From NCBI RefSeq assembly GCF_004010195.1, contig NC_057719.1:16089742-16109741 (forward strand): a stretch of DNA of 20,000 nt, read 5' to 3'. Origin of the DNA: Chiloscyllium plagiosum. Its lineage: Eukaryota. The notes beneath the pieces are model-generated. The model did no database searches. It saw only the letters and a list, made by a program, of their open reading frames with translations, and was not told the origin of the DNA. Below, piece after piece: positions 1-12,010 of this stretch (its first letter is position 1; the number at the start of each line of letters is the position of its first letter). A program made the position numbers and the translations under genes.

Positions 1-200
1 GCTGCATCCGAAAGGCTAACATCATTGTGGAAGACCCCACACACCCCTCACTCAAACTCTTTTCCCTCCTGCCATCTGGCAGAAGATACTGGAGCAACTG
101 GTCTCTGACAGCCAGACTGTACAATGGTTTCTTCCCTCAAGCCATCAGGCTCCTTTTGACTGTCTCGGTTGTGTATGGCAGAAATGACAAATAAAAAGCT
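1..200 (+). mobile_element. 3' end of a Rex1/Babar-like non-LTR retrotransposon (cut by window edge)
   Basis: Frame from base 3 reads CIRKANIIVEDPTHPSLKLFSLLPSGRRYWS...RLYNGFFPQAIRLL, the typical C-terminal HP..LF.LLPSGRRY / FFPQAIRLL signature. Stop at 192-194 overlaps AATAAA and is followed by a (CT)n tract. Confidence 0.8.
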
Positions 201-203
201 AGT

Positions 204-212
204 CTCTCTCAG

Positions 213-249
<37 letters not shown>
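204..249 (+). repeat. (TC)n microsatellite
   Basis: Imperfect TCTCTC run, seen directly. Confidence 0.95.
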
Positions 250-333
250 AATGCATTGAGAGTTGCAGAAATAAGAAATGTAAAACAGGGCGATGTCCTC
301 TGTAGGAGATCTGGGACCTGAGGAAACATCTAT

Positions 334-500
334 AATTACAGCATTTAAAAGGCATCTGGGTGGGTAGATGAATAGAAAGGGTGTTAGACGGAATATGGGC
401 CAAATGCTTGCAAATGGGACGAGGTCAGATTGGGATGTCTGGTCAGCATGGACAATTTGAACTGAAGGGTCTGTTTCCATGCTGTATGTCTCTAACTATG
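334..500 (+). mobile_element. CR1-clade LINE 3' tail fragment
   Basis: Aligns by eye with the 3' end of the long CR1 at 5375-5549 (ACAGCATTTAAAAGGCATCTGG...GAAGGGTCTGTTTCCATGCTGTA). Confidence 0.85.
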
Positions 501-1297
501 CATTTCCTTTACCACTGTAAATAATCCCTGCTAAACACTGTAGCATCAGAAGCAGGAAGTTAGAATATTTAATTTAGACTGTTTGTATCTAATCATGTGC
601 TACAGAACACAAAACAAGAGGAATTTTAATAAACATGTTTACACTAATAAAAGAAACACAAGACAAAAGAAAACAAAGCATATTAAATTACATCTCAAAT
701 TTTTCTGTTAAAATCAATAGTTCAAAACAATAGTTAAAATCAGCTGCAGTCTGATTCCACATGTGCAAAACTTAATTATTTTTGGTGTCAGAAATTTACT
801 GCCCCAAAAAGCACAGACTTTATATCATCCTGCATATCTAAGTATTGAGTGTGACTGTGTGTGTATCAGACAGAAAATACGGTGTTTAATTCATTCATTT
901 GTGTTGGATAGATTGGAAGCCTGATAGCCTCACTTTACTGTTTTCTAATCTGGGTTCTTTTGTTGTTCATACGAGCTAAGGCGAGACTTTAAACTATGTT
1001 TATTAGCATAGCACATGATGGCAAGGCTACTACCCTTATCTGTACAGGATTCTATCTCTTTGCAGAACATTAACACATGGCTACTTAGGTCACAGTGGCA
1101 TCACTGTTGACCTCATAGGCTTACCTACAAATTCCTTAAGCCTGTCTCTACAGCTTGGCTGGAATTTCTATAACAAAATTCTTCCCACCTTCTCCTGACA
1201 CAGTTGCTGTGAAGCATTTCTGTACATCTTTTGGATATCCAATTGTTGTCAACAGCCAGAGCAGGTTATAATCCGACACTTCTCTTGAGCAGTTTAG

Positions 1298-1580
1298 GTG
1301 GGGGAGTTCAAAACTAGGGCGCATATTTTTAAGGTGAGAGAAGAAAGATTTAAAAAGGACACAAGGGAAAACTTTTGTTTTTACACAGAGTGGTTACTGT
1401 GTGGAGAAACTGGTGGTGGATGTAGGTACAGTTACAATGTTTAAAAGATATTTGGATAAGTTCATGAATAGGAAAGGTTTAGAGGAATATGAGCCAAGAG
1501 CAGACTAGTTTAGTTATGAGAACATGGCAGGCATGGATTGGCTGGATCGAAGGGTCTGTTTCCGTGCTGCATGACTTTGA
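1298..1580 (+). mobile_element. CR1-clade LINE 3' fragment
   Basis: GGGGAGTTCAAAACTAGGGCGCAT...GAAGGGTCTGTTTCCGTGCTGCATGACT, homologous to 5237-5549. Confidence 0.85.
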
Positions 1581-3087
1581 ATGCCTACCCACCAATCTGA
1601 ATACAGTAGATGACACACCCCTATTGCTAATTAAACAGTTCATGGATAATCACTGCCGCGTGTTTATTCCCTACAAGCATCAGGGTGTGAATCTCGTTTA
1701 TCCACAGCATCAAAGTCCCCAATTCGAACATAACTCTGATATGATCTCTCCAAACCCGGAGCATGCACATAGAAGTTGATGCAATTTTGAGAGTTTTGAG
1801 TGCATGCACTTTTAGGCTGAAAGTTTATTTCTGTAGTAACCTGCAGAGTGTTGGCCTACAAAAACAACCAAGTGGAAAGTGAGCTTTGGAAACTGCAGGC
1901 AAAATGGATTAAACGAAGTGAAAATGATATGGCTTACATTTGCCACCTTTCACTGAGTCAAGATTTTACCTGCAGGACAGTAATGGATAATGCATTGTAG
2001 TAATTGCCACCTACTTAAGTGAAGCTGTAATGAATGCTCCCTTTGTTGTTCAATCAATAACTGGGGAGAAACTTCTATGATGCTGTGTTTCAAGCATGAC
2101 TGCAAGAGAGCTTAAAATGACATTAATCTTGGGTTGTACAATGGAAAGTAATCATTTAAGACTCTTGTTGAATTGAACAGATTCCAGTGAGACTGTGTGA
2201 TTTAAAAATAGTGGGTCTCCCAACCTACAAAATATGTTTCCACACCCTAAATATTCTTCAGCTGAAGCTGTAAAGAAAGATTTCAGTCAGCTGCCACCAG
2301 GCAAAGGGCAGAAACCCTAAATTAAAAGAGTTCCTTTTGTGTCACATATCTATTGAGGGACTGGTCTGTTTACGTACACTGAATAGGTTAAAATAAGGGT
2401 GAGGTTCAGTGTGATACATACACACCAAAAGCCAAACCCTGCAGAAGAAAAATTGATGACGTTAGTAAGGAATCAATTTGCCTGCCCTATGTAAAAATAG
2501 ACAATTATTAAAATATTTTCTTCTGGAGATAATTACTGGACAGAGTCTGGATTTGCTTCACGGGTTTACACTGGGAGGATTGATAGAGAATTGTTGAGAC
2601 AATGTAAGCAGTGAGTTTTTCAGTGATTAAACCAGCTAAAGCTGCATGACAGATTGACAGGCAGGTCCCCATAAATTCAATGAAAACTTCAGGGACAGGC
2701 GTGTCTGCCATTAACTTTGTCAGGTGACAGCTGATTAATGATGGTAGAGGCATCCCATTGTTCTCTAGAAGGAAGTCCACCTAGTGGATCTGCCAGCCAA
2801 TCAGAGGCCAGCCGCTCTGTACCATACCGGGATCGATGGCCACTGCTCACATAGCAGGAGGCCTAGGGGTGGGAGGGGAGGGTGACCATGGATGCTCCCA
2901 AATGCGCTGAACTCTAGGATCTCACTACAACAACATTGACAGGCCCTGGCAAGGAGGATAGCAGGTTCAGGTACGACAGGGCAGAGTGGGAGCGAGAATG
3001 GGAAGAGGTGTTCTTCTTGTTGTTGGTGGGGGAAGGGAAAGCCCAGAGAGAATGTACAAGGTTCCAATAACATCACCCTCTCACTCA

Positions 3088-3327
3088 ATAAAAACCAAAA
3101 GAACTACAGATGCTGTAGATAAGAAACCAAAACAGAAATTGCTGGAAAAGCTCAGCAGGTCTGGCAGCATCTGTGGAGAGAAATCAGAGTTAACCTTTGG
3201 GATCAAAAGACTCTTCCTCAGAACTAACGGTAGCTGGGAAAATGTCAGTTTATATGCAGAAGATAGGGTGGGGGGAGATATTAATGAGTAAACGATAGGT
3301 GGGGATAGAGCCCAGAGAAAGAGAAGA
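3088..3327 (-). mobile_element. Penelope-like element, 3' end/pLTR part (left piece, interrupted by CR1)
   Basis: CAGAAATTGCTGGAAAAGCTCAGCAGGTCTGGCAGCATCTGTGGAGAG is shared with 18604-18660 and, inverted, with 9670-9739. Decayed hammerhead-like CTGAGGA..stem on the minus strand at 3192-3221. The sequence appears to continue at 5550. Confidence 0.75.
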
Positions 3328-5549
3328 AGACCAGATCTAACAATTGAAGTTCTAAATTGGAGGAAGGTTAATTTTGACGGTATTAGGCAATAACTTTCAA
3401 AAGCTGACTGGACGCAGATGCTCACAAGTAAAGGGACAGCTGGAAAATGGGAAGCCTTTAGAAATGAGAGAATGGGAGTCCAGAGACAATATATTCCTGT
3501 TAGGATGAAAGGAAAAGCTGGTAGGTATAGGGAATGCTGGATGACTAAAACAATTAAGGGTTTGGTTAAGAAAAAGCAGGAAGCATATGTCAGGTATAGA
3601 CAGGGTAGATCGAGTGAATTCTTAGAAGACTGTAAAGGCAGTAGGAGTTACTGCAGAGGGAAATCAGGTGGGCAAAAAGTGGACATGAGTTATCTTTGGC
3701 AAATAGAGTTAAGGAGAATCCAAAGGAATTTTACAAATAAATTAAGGACAAAAGGATAACTAGGGAGATAATAGGGCCCCTCAAAGATCAGCAAGGCAGC
3801 TCATATGTGGAGCCGCAGGAGAACGGGGAGATACTAAACGAGTATTTTGCATCAGTGTTTACTGTGGAAAAGGACATGGAAGATATAGAATGTGAGGAAA
3901 TAGATTGTGACATCTTGAAAAATGTCCATATTACAGAGGAGAAAGTGCTGGAGTCTTGAAACACAAAGGTGAATAAATTTCCAGGACCTGATCAGGTGTA
4001 CCCTCGAACTCTGTGGGAAGCTAGGGAAGTAATTGCTGGGCTCCTTGCTGAGATATTGTATTGTCGATAGTCACAGATGAGGTGCCAGAAGATTGGAGGT
4101 TGGCTAACGTGGTACCATTATTTAAGAAAGATGGTAAGGACAAGGTGGGGAACGACAGACTGATGAGCCTGACGTCAGTGGTGAGCAAGTTGTTGGAGTG
4201 AGTCCGGAGGGACAGGATTTATACATACTTGGAAAGGCAAGGATTGATCATGGATAGTTAACATGGCTTTGTGCATGGGAAATCATGTCTGACAAACTTG
4301 ATTGAGTTTTTTGAAAAAGTAACAAAGGGGATTGAAGAGGGCAGAGTGGTGGACAGAACCTATATGGACTTCAGTAAGGCATTCAACAAGGTTCCCCATG
4401 GGAAACTCGTTAGCAAGATTATAGCAAATGAAATACCGGGAAAACTAGCCATTTGGATACAGAACTGACTTGAAGGTAGAAGACAGAGGGTGGTGGTGGA
4501 GAGTTGTTTTTCAGAGTGGAGGCCTGTGACCAGTGAAGTGCCACAAGGATCAGTGCTGGGTCCACTGCTTTTTGTCATTTATATAAATGATTTGGATATG
4601 AACATAAGAGGTATAGTTAGTAAGTTTGCAGATGACACCAAAATTGGAGGTGTGGACAGTGAAGAAGGTTACCTCAGAGTACAATGGGATCTTGATCTGA
4701 TGGGCCAATGGGCTGAGGAGTGGCAGATGGAGTTTAATTCAGATAAATGCAAGGTGCTGCATTTTGGGAAAGCAAATCTTAGCAGGAATTATACACTTAA
4801 CAGTAAGGTCCTAGGGAGTGTAGCTGAACAAAGAGACCTTGGGAGTGCAGGTTCATAGCTCCTTGAAAGTAGAATCACAGAGGTAGATAGGGTAGTGAAG
4901 AAAGTGTTTGGTATGCTTTCCTTTATGGGTCAGAGTATTGAGTATAGGAGTTGGGAGATCATCTTGTGGCTGTACAAGATGTTGGTTAGGTCATTTTTGG
5001 AATATTGCGTGCAATTCTGGTCTCCTTCCTATTGGAAGGATGATGTGCAACTTGAAAGGGTTCAGAAAAGATTTACAAGGATGTTGCCAGGGTTGGAGGA
5101 TTTGAGCTATAGGAAGAGGCTGAATAGGCTGGGGCTGTTTTCCCTGGAGTGTCGGAGGCTGAGGGGTGACCTTATAGAGGTTTATAAAACCATGAAGGTC
5201 ATGGATAGGATAAATAGACAAAGTCTTTTCCCTGGGGTGGGGGAGTCCAGAACTAGAGGACATAGGTTTAGGGTGAGAGGGGAAAAATATAAAAGGGACC
5301 TAAGGGGCAACATTTTCACGCAGAGGGTAGTGCGTGTATGAACTGAGCTGCCAGAGGAAGTGGTGGAGGCTAGTACAATTGCAATATTTAAAAAACTTCT
5401 GGAAGTGTATATGAATAGGAAAGGTTTCGATGGATATAGGCCAAGTATTGGCAAATGGGACTAGATTAGGTTGGGATATCTGGTCAGCATGGACGAGATG
5501 GACCAAAGGGTCTGTTTCCGTGCTGTATATCTCTATGACTCTGTGACTC
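3328..5549 (+). mobile_element. 5'-truncated, decayed CR1-clade LINE (ORF2 reverse transcriptase remnant plus 3' UTR)
   Basis: RT motifs HGF..GKSCLTNLIEFFE, YMDFSKAFNKVPH, VPQGSVLGPLLFVIYINDLD, KFADDTK, LEYCVQFWSP and RRLRGDLIEVYK, split by stops and frameshifts; ends in a (CTATGACT)-type short tandem tail. Confidence 0.96.
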
Positions 5550-6450
5550 AAACAGTTGGACAGACAAAAGAGTGAATAATGATCTGGCTAGGAGAGTGAG
5601 TAGCTATTAATGGCGACTGTTAGTGGCTCACAATGGGTTATGTGTAATAGCAGAGTATATAATAACAAGGCCTGGGATGTAGGGGTTAGGGTAAGGACAT
5701 GGGAGAGCTCAAGCCCAAAAATTGTTGAACGCGATATTAAGTCAGAAGGCTGCAGGGTCCCTAGTGGAAAATGAGGTGTTCTTCCAGTTTGCTCTAAGCT
5801 TCACTGGGGCACAGAGGTGTTGGCCAAACACCAGGGTGGTGTGTTGAAGAGGCAGGTAACTGGAAGCTTAGTGTCTTTTTTGCAGACAGAATGTAAATGT
5901 TCTGTGAAGCAGTCACCCAATTTACTATTTGAATCTCCAGTGAAGAAGAGACCACATTGTGAGCAGTGAATGCAGTAGACCAGATTGTGAGAAGTGCAGG
6001 TAAAGTGCTGCTTCACCTGAAAGGTATTTTTGAGCCTTGGATTCTGAGGGGGGAGGAGATCAATAGGCAGGTGTTACACCTTCTGCCGTTGCAGGGGAAG
6101 GCACCATGGGGCTGTGTGGGCGTTATTTAGAGTGTAGAAGGAGTGGACCAAGGTGTCCTGGAGGGAATGGTCCCTGCAGAAGGCTTAAAAGGGAGAGGAG
6201 GGGAGTATGTGTCTGGTGGTGGCAACTCACTGAAGGTGGCAGAGTGGCTAATGATCCTCTCCATGGGGATAACAGGTAAGAACAAGGGGCACCTATCGCT
6301 ATTGTGAAGGAAGAGAGTGAGTAAGGGCTGAAGTACAGGACATGGGCTGGACACAGCTGAGGGCACAACAGTGCTGGGGAGTCCTTGGTTGAGAAAGAAG
6401 ATGGACATTTTGGAGGCTCCCTTGTCGAATAGCCCCCTTCTGCACTGTAA
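5550..6450 (-). mobile_element. Penelope-like element body (decayed RT C-terminus plus GIY-YIG endonuclease)
   Basis: Minus ORF 5801-6016 FTCTSHNLVYCIHCSQCGLFFTGDS...LGDCFTEHLHSV is a degenerate Penelope GIY-YIG (NLVYCI.C..C..YIGET...RF.EH). 6127-6453 ASKMSIFFLNQGLPSTVV resembles the post-RT linker. Confidence 0.88.
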
Positions 6451-6762
6451 CAATTTTGTTGTTCTTTACTATTATCTGTTTTTATTTCAAAATGTGGATT
6501 TGTTGACTCATTCAGGTATATCTGCAAATGGACGTCCTTCATCTTCATCTCAGTCAAAAGATCACAAGGACCACTGGAGTGGCCTTAGACGGGATCTGTC
6601 TATGGATATATTCTATCACCTGTCCCCCTGGATACTCAAACAACAGAAAGTGTAAAAGTGGAAGGAAAGGCTTAAATGTCAGTAGGTAAACCGTATCCTC
6701 GATAACTAATGCTTTGTTGGAAAGTGAGTTTTGAACCAAGTCTCAAGATAAGTTTAGGCTCA

Positions 6763-7104
<342 letters not shown>

Positions 7105-7296
7105 TCAAGTTCCTTCCACTTGTCATGATTTCCTGGAAACATTATATTTAGATTGCACTTCCATCTTCAGAAAATATTCATTCAGCAAGGAAAATAAGAG
7201 ATTTCAATGCCTGATTCAAAATTTCATTCCCAGAAGTATAAATATACAAATACTCTGCTTGGATTCCTTCCAGTGAGTGTATGTTTATCCTCAATA

Positions 7297-8192
7297 CAAA
7301 GGAACCTCGATTATCCAAATATCAATTATCCGAAATTTCGGATTATCCAAAGAAGGTCTCAAGGTCCCGATTGAAACACTACATCAAAGAGGTGTTTCCA
7401 ACACTGATCGTGTCTTTTGTTTACAATGATTAAAAATGAACTCAGCTGACTGAAATGCTGCCGAGAACTGTCCTGGACATTGATGGGAGCCCAGGCAACA
7501 TCTCCAAATGACTGACCTCCCATCCCCTCTTTCTCTCTCTCTCTCCCGACACTTTCCCTGGAGTTCTACACAGGGGTGTACCCTAAGCCTCTTTTCCCCA
7601 GATAATCTCTCCAACGTTGTAACATTGTCCTGTACAGGGCAGAGGTGGAACTTGTCAAAGTGTCATAGCAAAACGTTGTGCGTGCGTGTGTGTGCATGCG
7701 AGCTATTTTGAGACTCACCCCCCCCCTCCACCCCCCAAAGGCAGCAGCAGTCTTACTGTTGGTGTCCAGTTCAGCTGCCCGGGGGATGGGGGGGGACGGG
7801 GATGGACGGTGGGTGAGATAGCAGAGGGGTGAAGGTAGCAGACTGGGGGGTGGTGGCAATGGTGGGAGGGGCTGGACAGGGAAGCAGGGTCTCGTGCGCA
7901 GTGTGCTGCTGCCTAGTCTCCTTAATGGGGTGTGGACTTAGCAAGTGTTCACTGTGTCAATCCCATTGAACTGATTGGGGTGGGGGGAGGCTTCAGCAAT
8001 GCTGCAGGTCCTTTATACACAAGTGTGTGTCTGCTCAAAAACAAACCCTGAGACAGAGAGAGGGAGCAAGGCAAGCAGAGCGAGGGGAAAGGAAACTTCA
8101 GAAAACTCTGAGCCACAGAGGAGAGGTCTTGAATCAATTAACCAAACAAAATACTGCCCGCCCATCTTGTTTGGATAATCGAGGTTCCTCTG
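7297..8192. mobile_element. Non-autonomous Tc1/mariner (Tigger/pogo-type) DNA transposon (MITE), 896 bp
   Basis: 23-bp TIRs 7297-7319 CAAAGGAACCTCGATTATCCAAA and 8170-8192 TTTGGATAATCGAGGTTCCTCTG (22/23 match). TA on both flanks (7295-7296, 8193-8194), subterminal ATTATCC repeats, no transposase ORF. Confidence 0.9.
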
Positions 8193-8294
8193 TATGCTCC
8201 AATCAAAGGTCAGGGTTTGAAATACAAAATATCAACAAACTTAAATAATGCTGAAAACAAAAGCATAGTTTGCCAAAACTTTTCTTTTTTGTTC

Positions 8295-8900
8295 ATCGAA
8301 CTGGTACATTGGCCATGATAACACCTCTACCAATCAAAATCCATTTGCCAACCAATCAGCAATCACTTCTTAACAGATTATACAATGTCAGGACTGGCCA
8401 TTAACAGGTCCAGGCAGCGGCCCGTGGAGGGGGTTGTTAGGGCCAACTGCCTGCCCCTCTTCCCCGTTTACATTAGGGCCCGGGTGTCCTTGGAGAAGGA
8501 GCACGCGGATTCCACCAACACCCTGGAGTTGTTCAGGGAGAGGTGGGCGCCACAGGGAGTGGAGTGCATTATTTCCCCTGCCAACTCTATTTTGATTTAA
8601 TCCCTGCCCTCCCCTTCACTGTTTGATCACACAGCATTGCCCTTTGTGAAGGGCACTGCTTGTCACTGGCCACTCGGGTGTTTTCCTATCTTCCTGGTGG
8701 TGGAAATTGAATAAAGATTCGTACACCTTGTGTCTCTCACTGTGTCTCACACCTGCACACAGACAACATGGGTGTTGGGGGATAAATGAAAAAAAAAATA
8801 CAATGTCAGGTTCTCTTTACTTTGGTATTCTTTCAAATCATCTTGACAAACACAAGATGAATAGGCTTCAGCAAAAATTGTATCTTTTTCCAGTAATACT
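8295..8900 (+). repeat. Old interspersed repeat (possibly Penelope-derived) that hosts the Tx1/L1 insertion
   Basis: The flanks 8295-8379 (ACCAATCA..GCCAACCAATCAGC) and 8811-8900 (TTGGTATTCTT..CAAGATGAATAGGCTTC) resemble one shark repeat as I recall it; recognition only. Confidence 0.35.
8393..8797 (+). mobile_element. 5'-truncated Tx1/L1-type retrotransposon 3' end with poly(A) and 13-bp TSD
   Basis: TSD ATACAATGTCAGG at 8380-8392 and 8798-8810. Open C-terminal frame LAINRSRQR...YIRARVSLEKEH...LELFRERWAPQGVEC (stop at 8600), AATAAA at 8710-8715, and an A-run before the right TSD. Confidence 0.85.
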
Positions 8901-9644
8901 CAATTGTTGTACTAACTACAGCCAAGTGTATACCCACAAACATCAAAACAGACACTTTGGTGACACTCCCAGATGAGTTAAACAAGTCGGTTGAAAATTT
9001 CATCTTTTGCTTAAATCAGCTTCAATGTATCACTGGGTCCCAACTAAATATACAATTCATAGTTACATTAAGGTTGCCAAATTGATAAGGCCATGCTTAA
9101 GTACCATGTCCTTCTCAAATCACTGGATTAAAAATAAGATAATAAAGCCATTGGAGAGGAGGCAGAAAAGACTTACAAAGCTGAAACCAGAAAGCAATGC
9201 TATAGACTTAAGAAGATTTTTTAAATTATTAAAGGTTTTGTTTGAGTGGATACAGAAAAAAAGGGGTAGAGTTTCGTGGAGGAGACAGGTGGGTCAACGC
9301 AAATGCCACCTTGATAAGGCCCCAGCCACCACAGTCATGCTTGGGTGTGTGGAAGCAAGATGGACTGGGGTCCATCACCTCCAGACGCAGGTCTGAAGCA
9401 CCAACAGATGTGGGTGGATAGTCAAGCCAGCTGAAATGCCCAATTCAGTTTACTAGGATATCAGAACAGGTTTATTAATGTCAGACCCTCATGAACAATT
9501 GATATGGTGCTTACATGTAGCTAACACCATGGGAAATACCCAGAACAGAACATGGAGCTCTAAATCTTCTTTATTGTTCTGATAAAGTTCTTTAAAACTG
9601 TCGGTCAGCAGTGAAGGCCTTTGGAGGTAGCTGATAAATTTATT

Positions 9645-9739
9645 CTGAAAGATGGTCACTGGACTCAAAACATTAACTCTGCTTTCCCTTCACAGATCCT
9701 GCCAAACTTGCTGAGTTTCTCCAGAAATTTCTGTTTTTG
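9645..9739 (+). mobile_element. Penelope-like pLTR fragment
   Basis: CTGAAAGATGGTCACTGGACTCAAAACATTAACTCTG...CTGAGTTTCTCCAGAAATTTCTGTTTTTG aligns with 18681-18793. Confidence 0.75.
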
Positions 9740-9809
9740 AATTGTTAAATTTGACTGCCCTGAGAAATTCATCATGATGAATCTAAGGCTCCATGAAGTT
9801 TGCTTGCAG

Positions 9810-10200
9810 GCCATGAAGTTCAATCATTTTCAGTCTCATCTTTGAAGATTAGATGCTCAGGATAAAATGCCAGACACGGAGGAACTCACTCGAGCTGGCC
9901 TGATAAACATCAACAGAACCTCAGGAAAGCCACAACAGAGTTGGGCCGGTCATCCAGCCAGATCGACTGATGCTGGCCTGTGGAAACCAATCTTGTACGG
10001 GGAGCTGAAATGTGGGGCGCACTCTCTCAATGGTCAAAGGAACCTGTACATGGAAACCCTGAAAACTCCATTAAGAATTTTGATATGGACATCAGGTTCT
10101 GGGCGAGGGTTATCCAGGATCACTGCTCCTGACACAGACAAGTAAAAAAATGTTGTGGCTTCCTCAAAAGTGAGTGCATATCAGACGCAGAGGGCCAAAG
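9810..10200 (+). mobile_element. Decayed RTE-clade (BovB-like) LINE 3' fragment
   Basis: QDKMPDTEELTRAGL...SWAGHPAR...KPILYGELKCGAHSLNGQRNLYMETLK matches the RTE C-terminal pattern WAGHV.RM...PK..LYGEL..G.R..GGQ.KRYKD.LK. Confidence 0.8.
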
Positions 10201-10477
10201 CAAGGGGAGAGATCATGAAGCAGCACACCATGTTGAAAATCATGGTCTGTGATATTCTGTTCTGCTTGAAGCAGAAGGGTCACACACACCCTCAGATGAT
10301 GAACATAAATGACTATGTCTCAAAGGACAAATAAGGAAAGAAAGGACTTCAGCAGAGAAATATACATCCATTAACAACACCCCACCTTTGAATGAACATC
10401 TAATACACAATGAACATCTAAGAATAGCCTCTGAGGATATGCAAAAGGAATTATGTCATTCACTTTTATTTATTTGC

Positions 10478-10791
10478 AAAATATGGGTGTCACTGACTCC
10501 ACCAGCATTTCTTGCCCATCTCCAATTCCCCAGAGTGCAGTGAAGAAGCTATCATGTTGCTGTGGGACTCAAGTCACATGTAGACCAGACCAGGTGGTTT
10601 CCATCCCTAAAGGACATTAGTGAACCAGACAGGTTTTCCAACAATTGACAACGGTTTCATGTTCATTTGTTGCAGGATTTTAAATTCAATTTAATTCAAA
10701 TTGCACCTTCTGCCAAACACAAATCCTGAGAACATTAACTGGGACTCTGGATTAACAGTCTAGCAATAATATCCTCGGTCATCACCTCCCC
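10478..10791 (-). mobile_element. tRNA-derived Deu-domain-type SINE (SacSINE1-like)
   Basis: Homologous to 19060-19220 (CAGCATTT.TTGCCCATCTC.AATT...TCCCTAAA.GACATTAGTGA), with a head-like GGGGAGGTGATGACC...CTAGACTGTTAATCCAGAG at the minus-strand 5' end. Confidence 0.65.
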
Positions 10792-10855
10792 AAAGCCAAG
10801 GTAACATCAGAATACATGGAGCTAAAGCTTAAATCTTTAAGGCTTTGATAGGTTA

Positions 10856-10950
10856 TAGAAATGTAGAAAATATAGAATATAGGAGCAGGAGTATGTCATT
10901 CAGTATGATCATAGCTTATTATCCAACTCAATACTCTCTTCCCACATTCT
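10856..10950 (-). mobile_element. Short CR1-type 3' tail remnant
   Basis: TAGAA repeats followed by ATAGGAGCAGGAGTA.G.CATTCAG, the reverse complement of a CR1-type terminus. Confidence 0.5.
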
Positions 10951-11073
10951 TTGGCTGTTTTTTCTTTGCTTTGTAAGTAGTTATGTTTAATAAAGGCTGG
11001 TAACATTTGCACAGTTGAAAGTTGGTTTCACTTTACTACATTCCGTAAATTGCTGAAGGTTTATCCAACCCCA

Positions 11074-11411
11074 GTCATAGAATCCCTACACTGTGGAAAC
11101 AGACCATTCAGCCGAACAAGTCTGCACCGACTCTCTGAACAGCGTCTCACCCAGACTCACCTCCCCTACCCTCTCCCTGTAACCCTACATTTCCCATGGC
11201 TAATCCACCTAGCTTACACATCCCTGGACACCTACGGCAATTAAGAATGGCCAATCCACCTAACCTACACAACTTTGGACTGAGGGAGGAAACCAGAATA
11301 CATGGAGGAAACCCACACAGACACAGGGAGAATGTGCAAACTCCACACAGACAGTCATGCGAGGTTGGAATTGAACTCGGGTCCCTGGTGCTGTGAGGTA
11401 ACATGCCGCCC
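11074..11411 (-). mobile_element. HE1-like (V-SINE) tRNA-derived SINE, near full length
   Basis: Minus strand has a B-box-like GAGTTCAATTCC, the V-domain TGTGTGGAGTTTGCACATTCTCCCTGTGTCTGTGTGGGTTTCCTCC, and a CR1-like tail GGTCTGTTTCCACAGTGTAGGGATTCTATGA. Confidence 0.9.
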
Positions 11412-11746
11412 AATCTCTGGTCCTTTCCAGCTCTCATTTACCTGAGGGCCACTGCAAGCTCAAGTAGCAGGGTCAAACGTTACTGACTCTATGAGCCACA
11501 CTGGCCCGATATTCATGAGGCCTCAGGCCTAATATCAGTCCCCTAGGGCCTCACCATTGAGGTGTTGGGATTGTACTCTGTCACCTTCCCCACTCCTAAT
11601 TCAAAGATGACCATCTCCAAAGTTCTACACCAATTCTGTCATCCCCAGCCCAAGCCCTTCCAATCCATATATTTTATTGCTGAAAAATGTTACAAATATC
11701 AACTATTAACGGTCTCATTACTTGGTGATGGACAAAGTCTGTGTTA

Positions 11747-12010
<264 letters not shown>

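Noticed and set aside
48..480. ORFs with ERERER tracts
   Set aside because: Translation of the (TC)n microsatellite and adjacent LINE tails.
3418..5341. ORFs 3418-3759, 4271-4468, 4490-4858 and 4895-5341 as host genes or an active reverse transcriptase system
   Set aside because: They are frameshifted, stop-interrupted pieces of one 5'-truncated CR1 ORF2.
9130..9250. ORF 9007-9396 as a gene
   Set aside because: Only a short IKPLERRQKRLTKLKPE stretch resembling a very old CR1 remnant; no splice or homology support.
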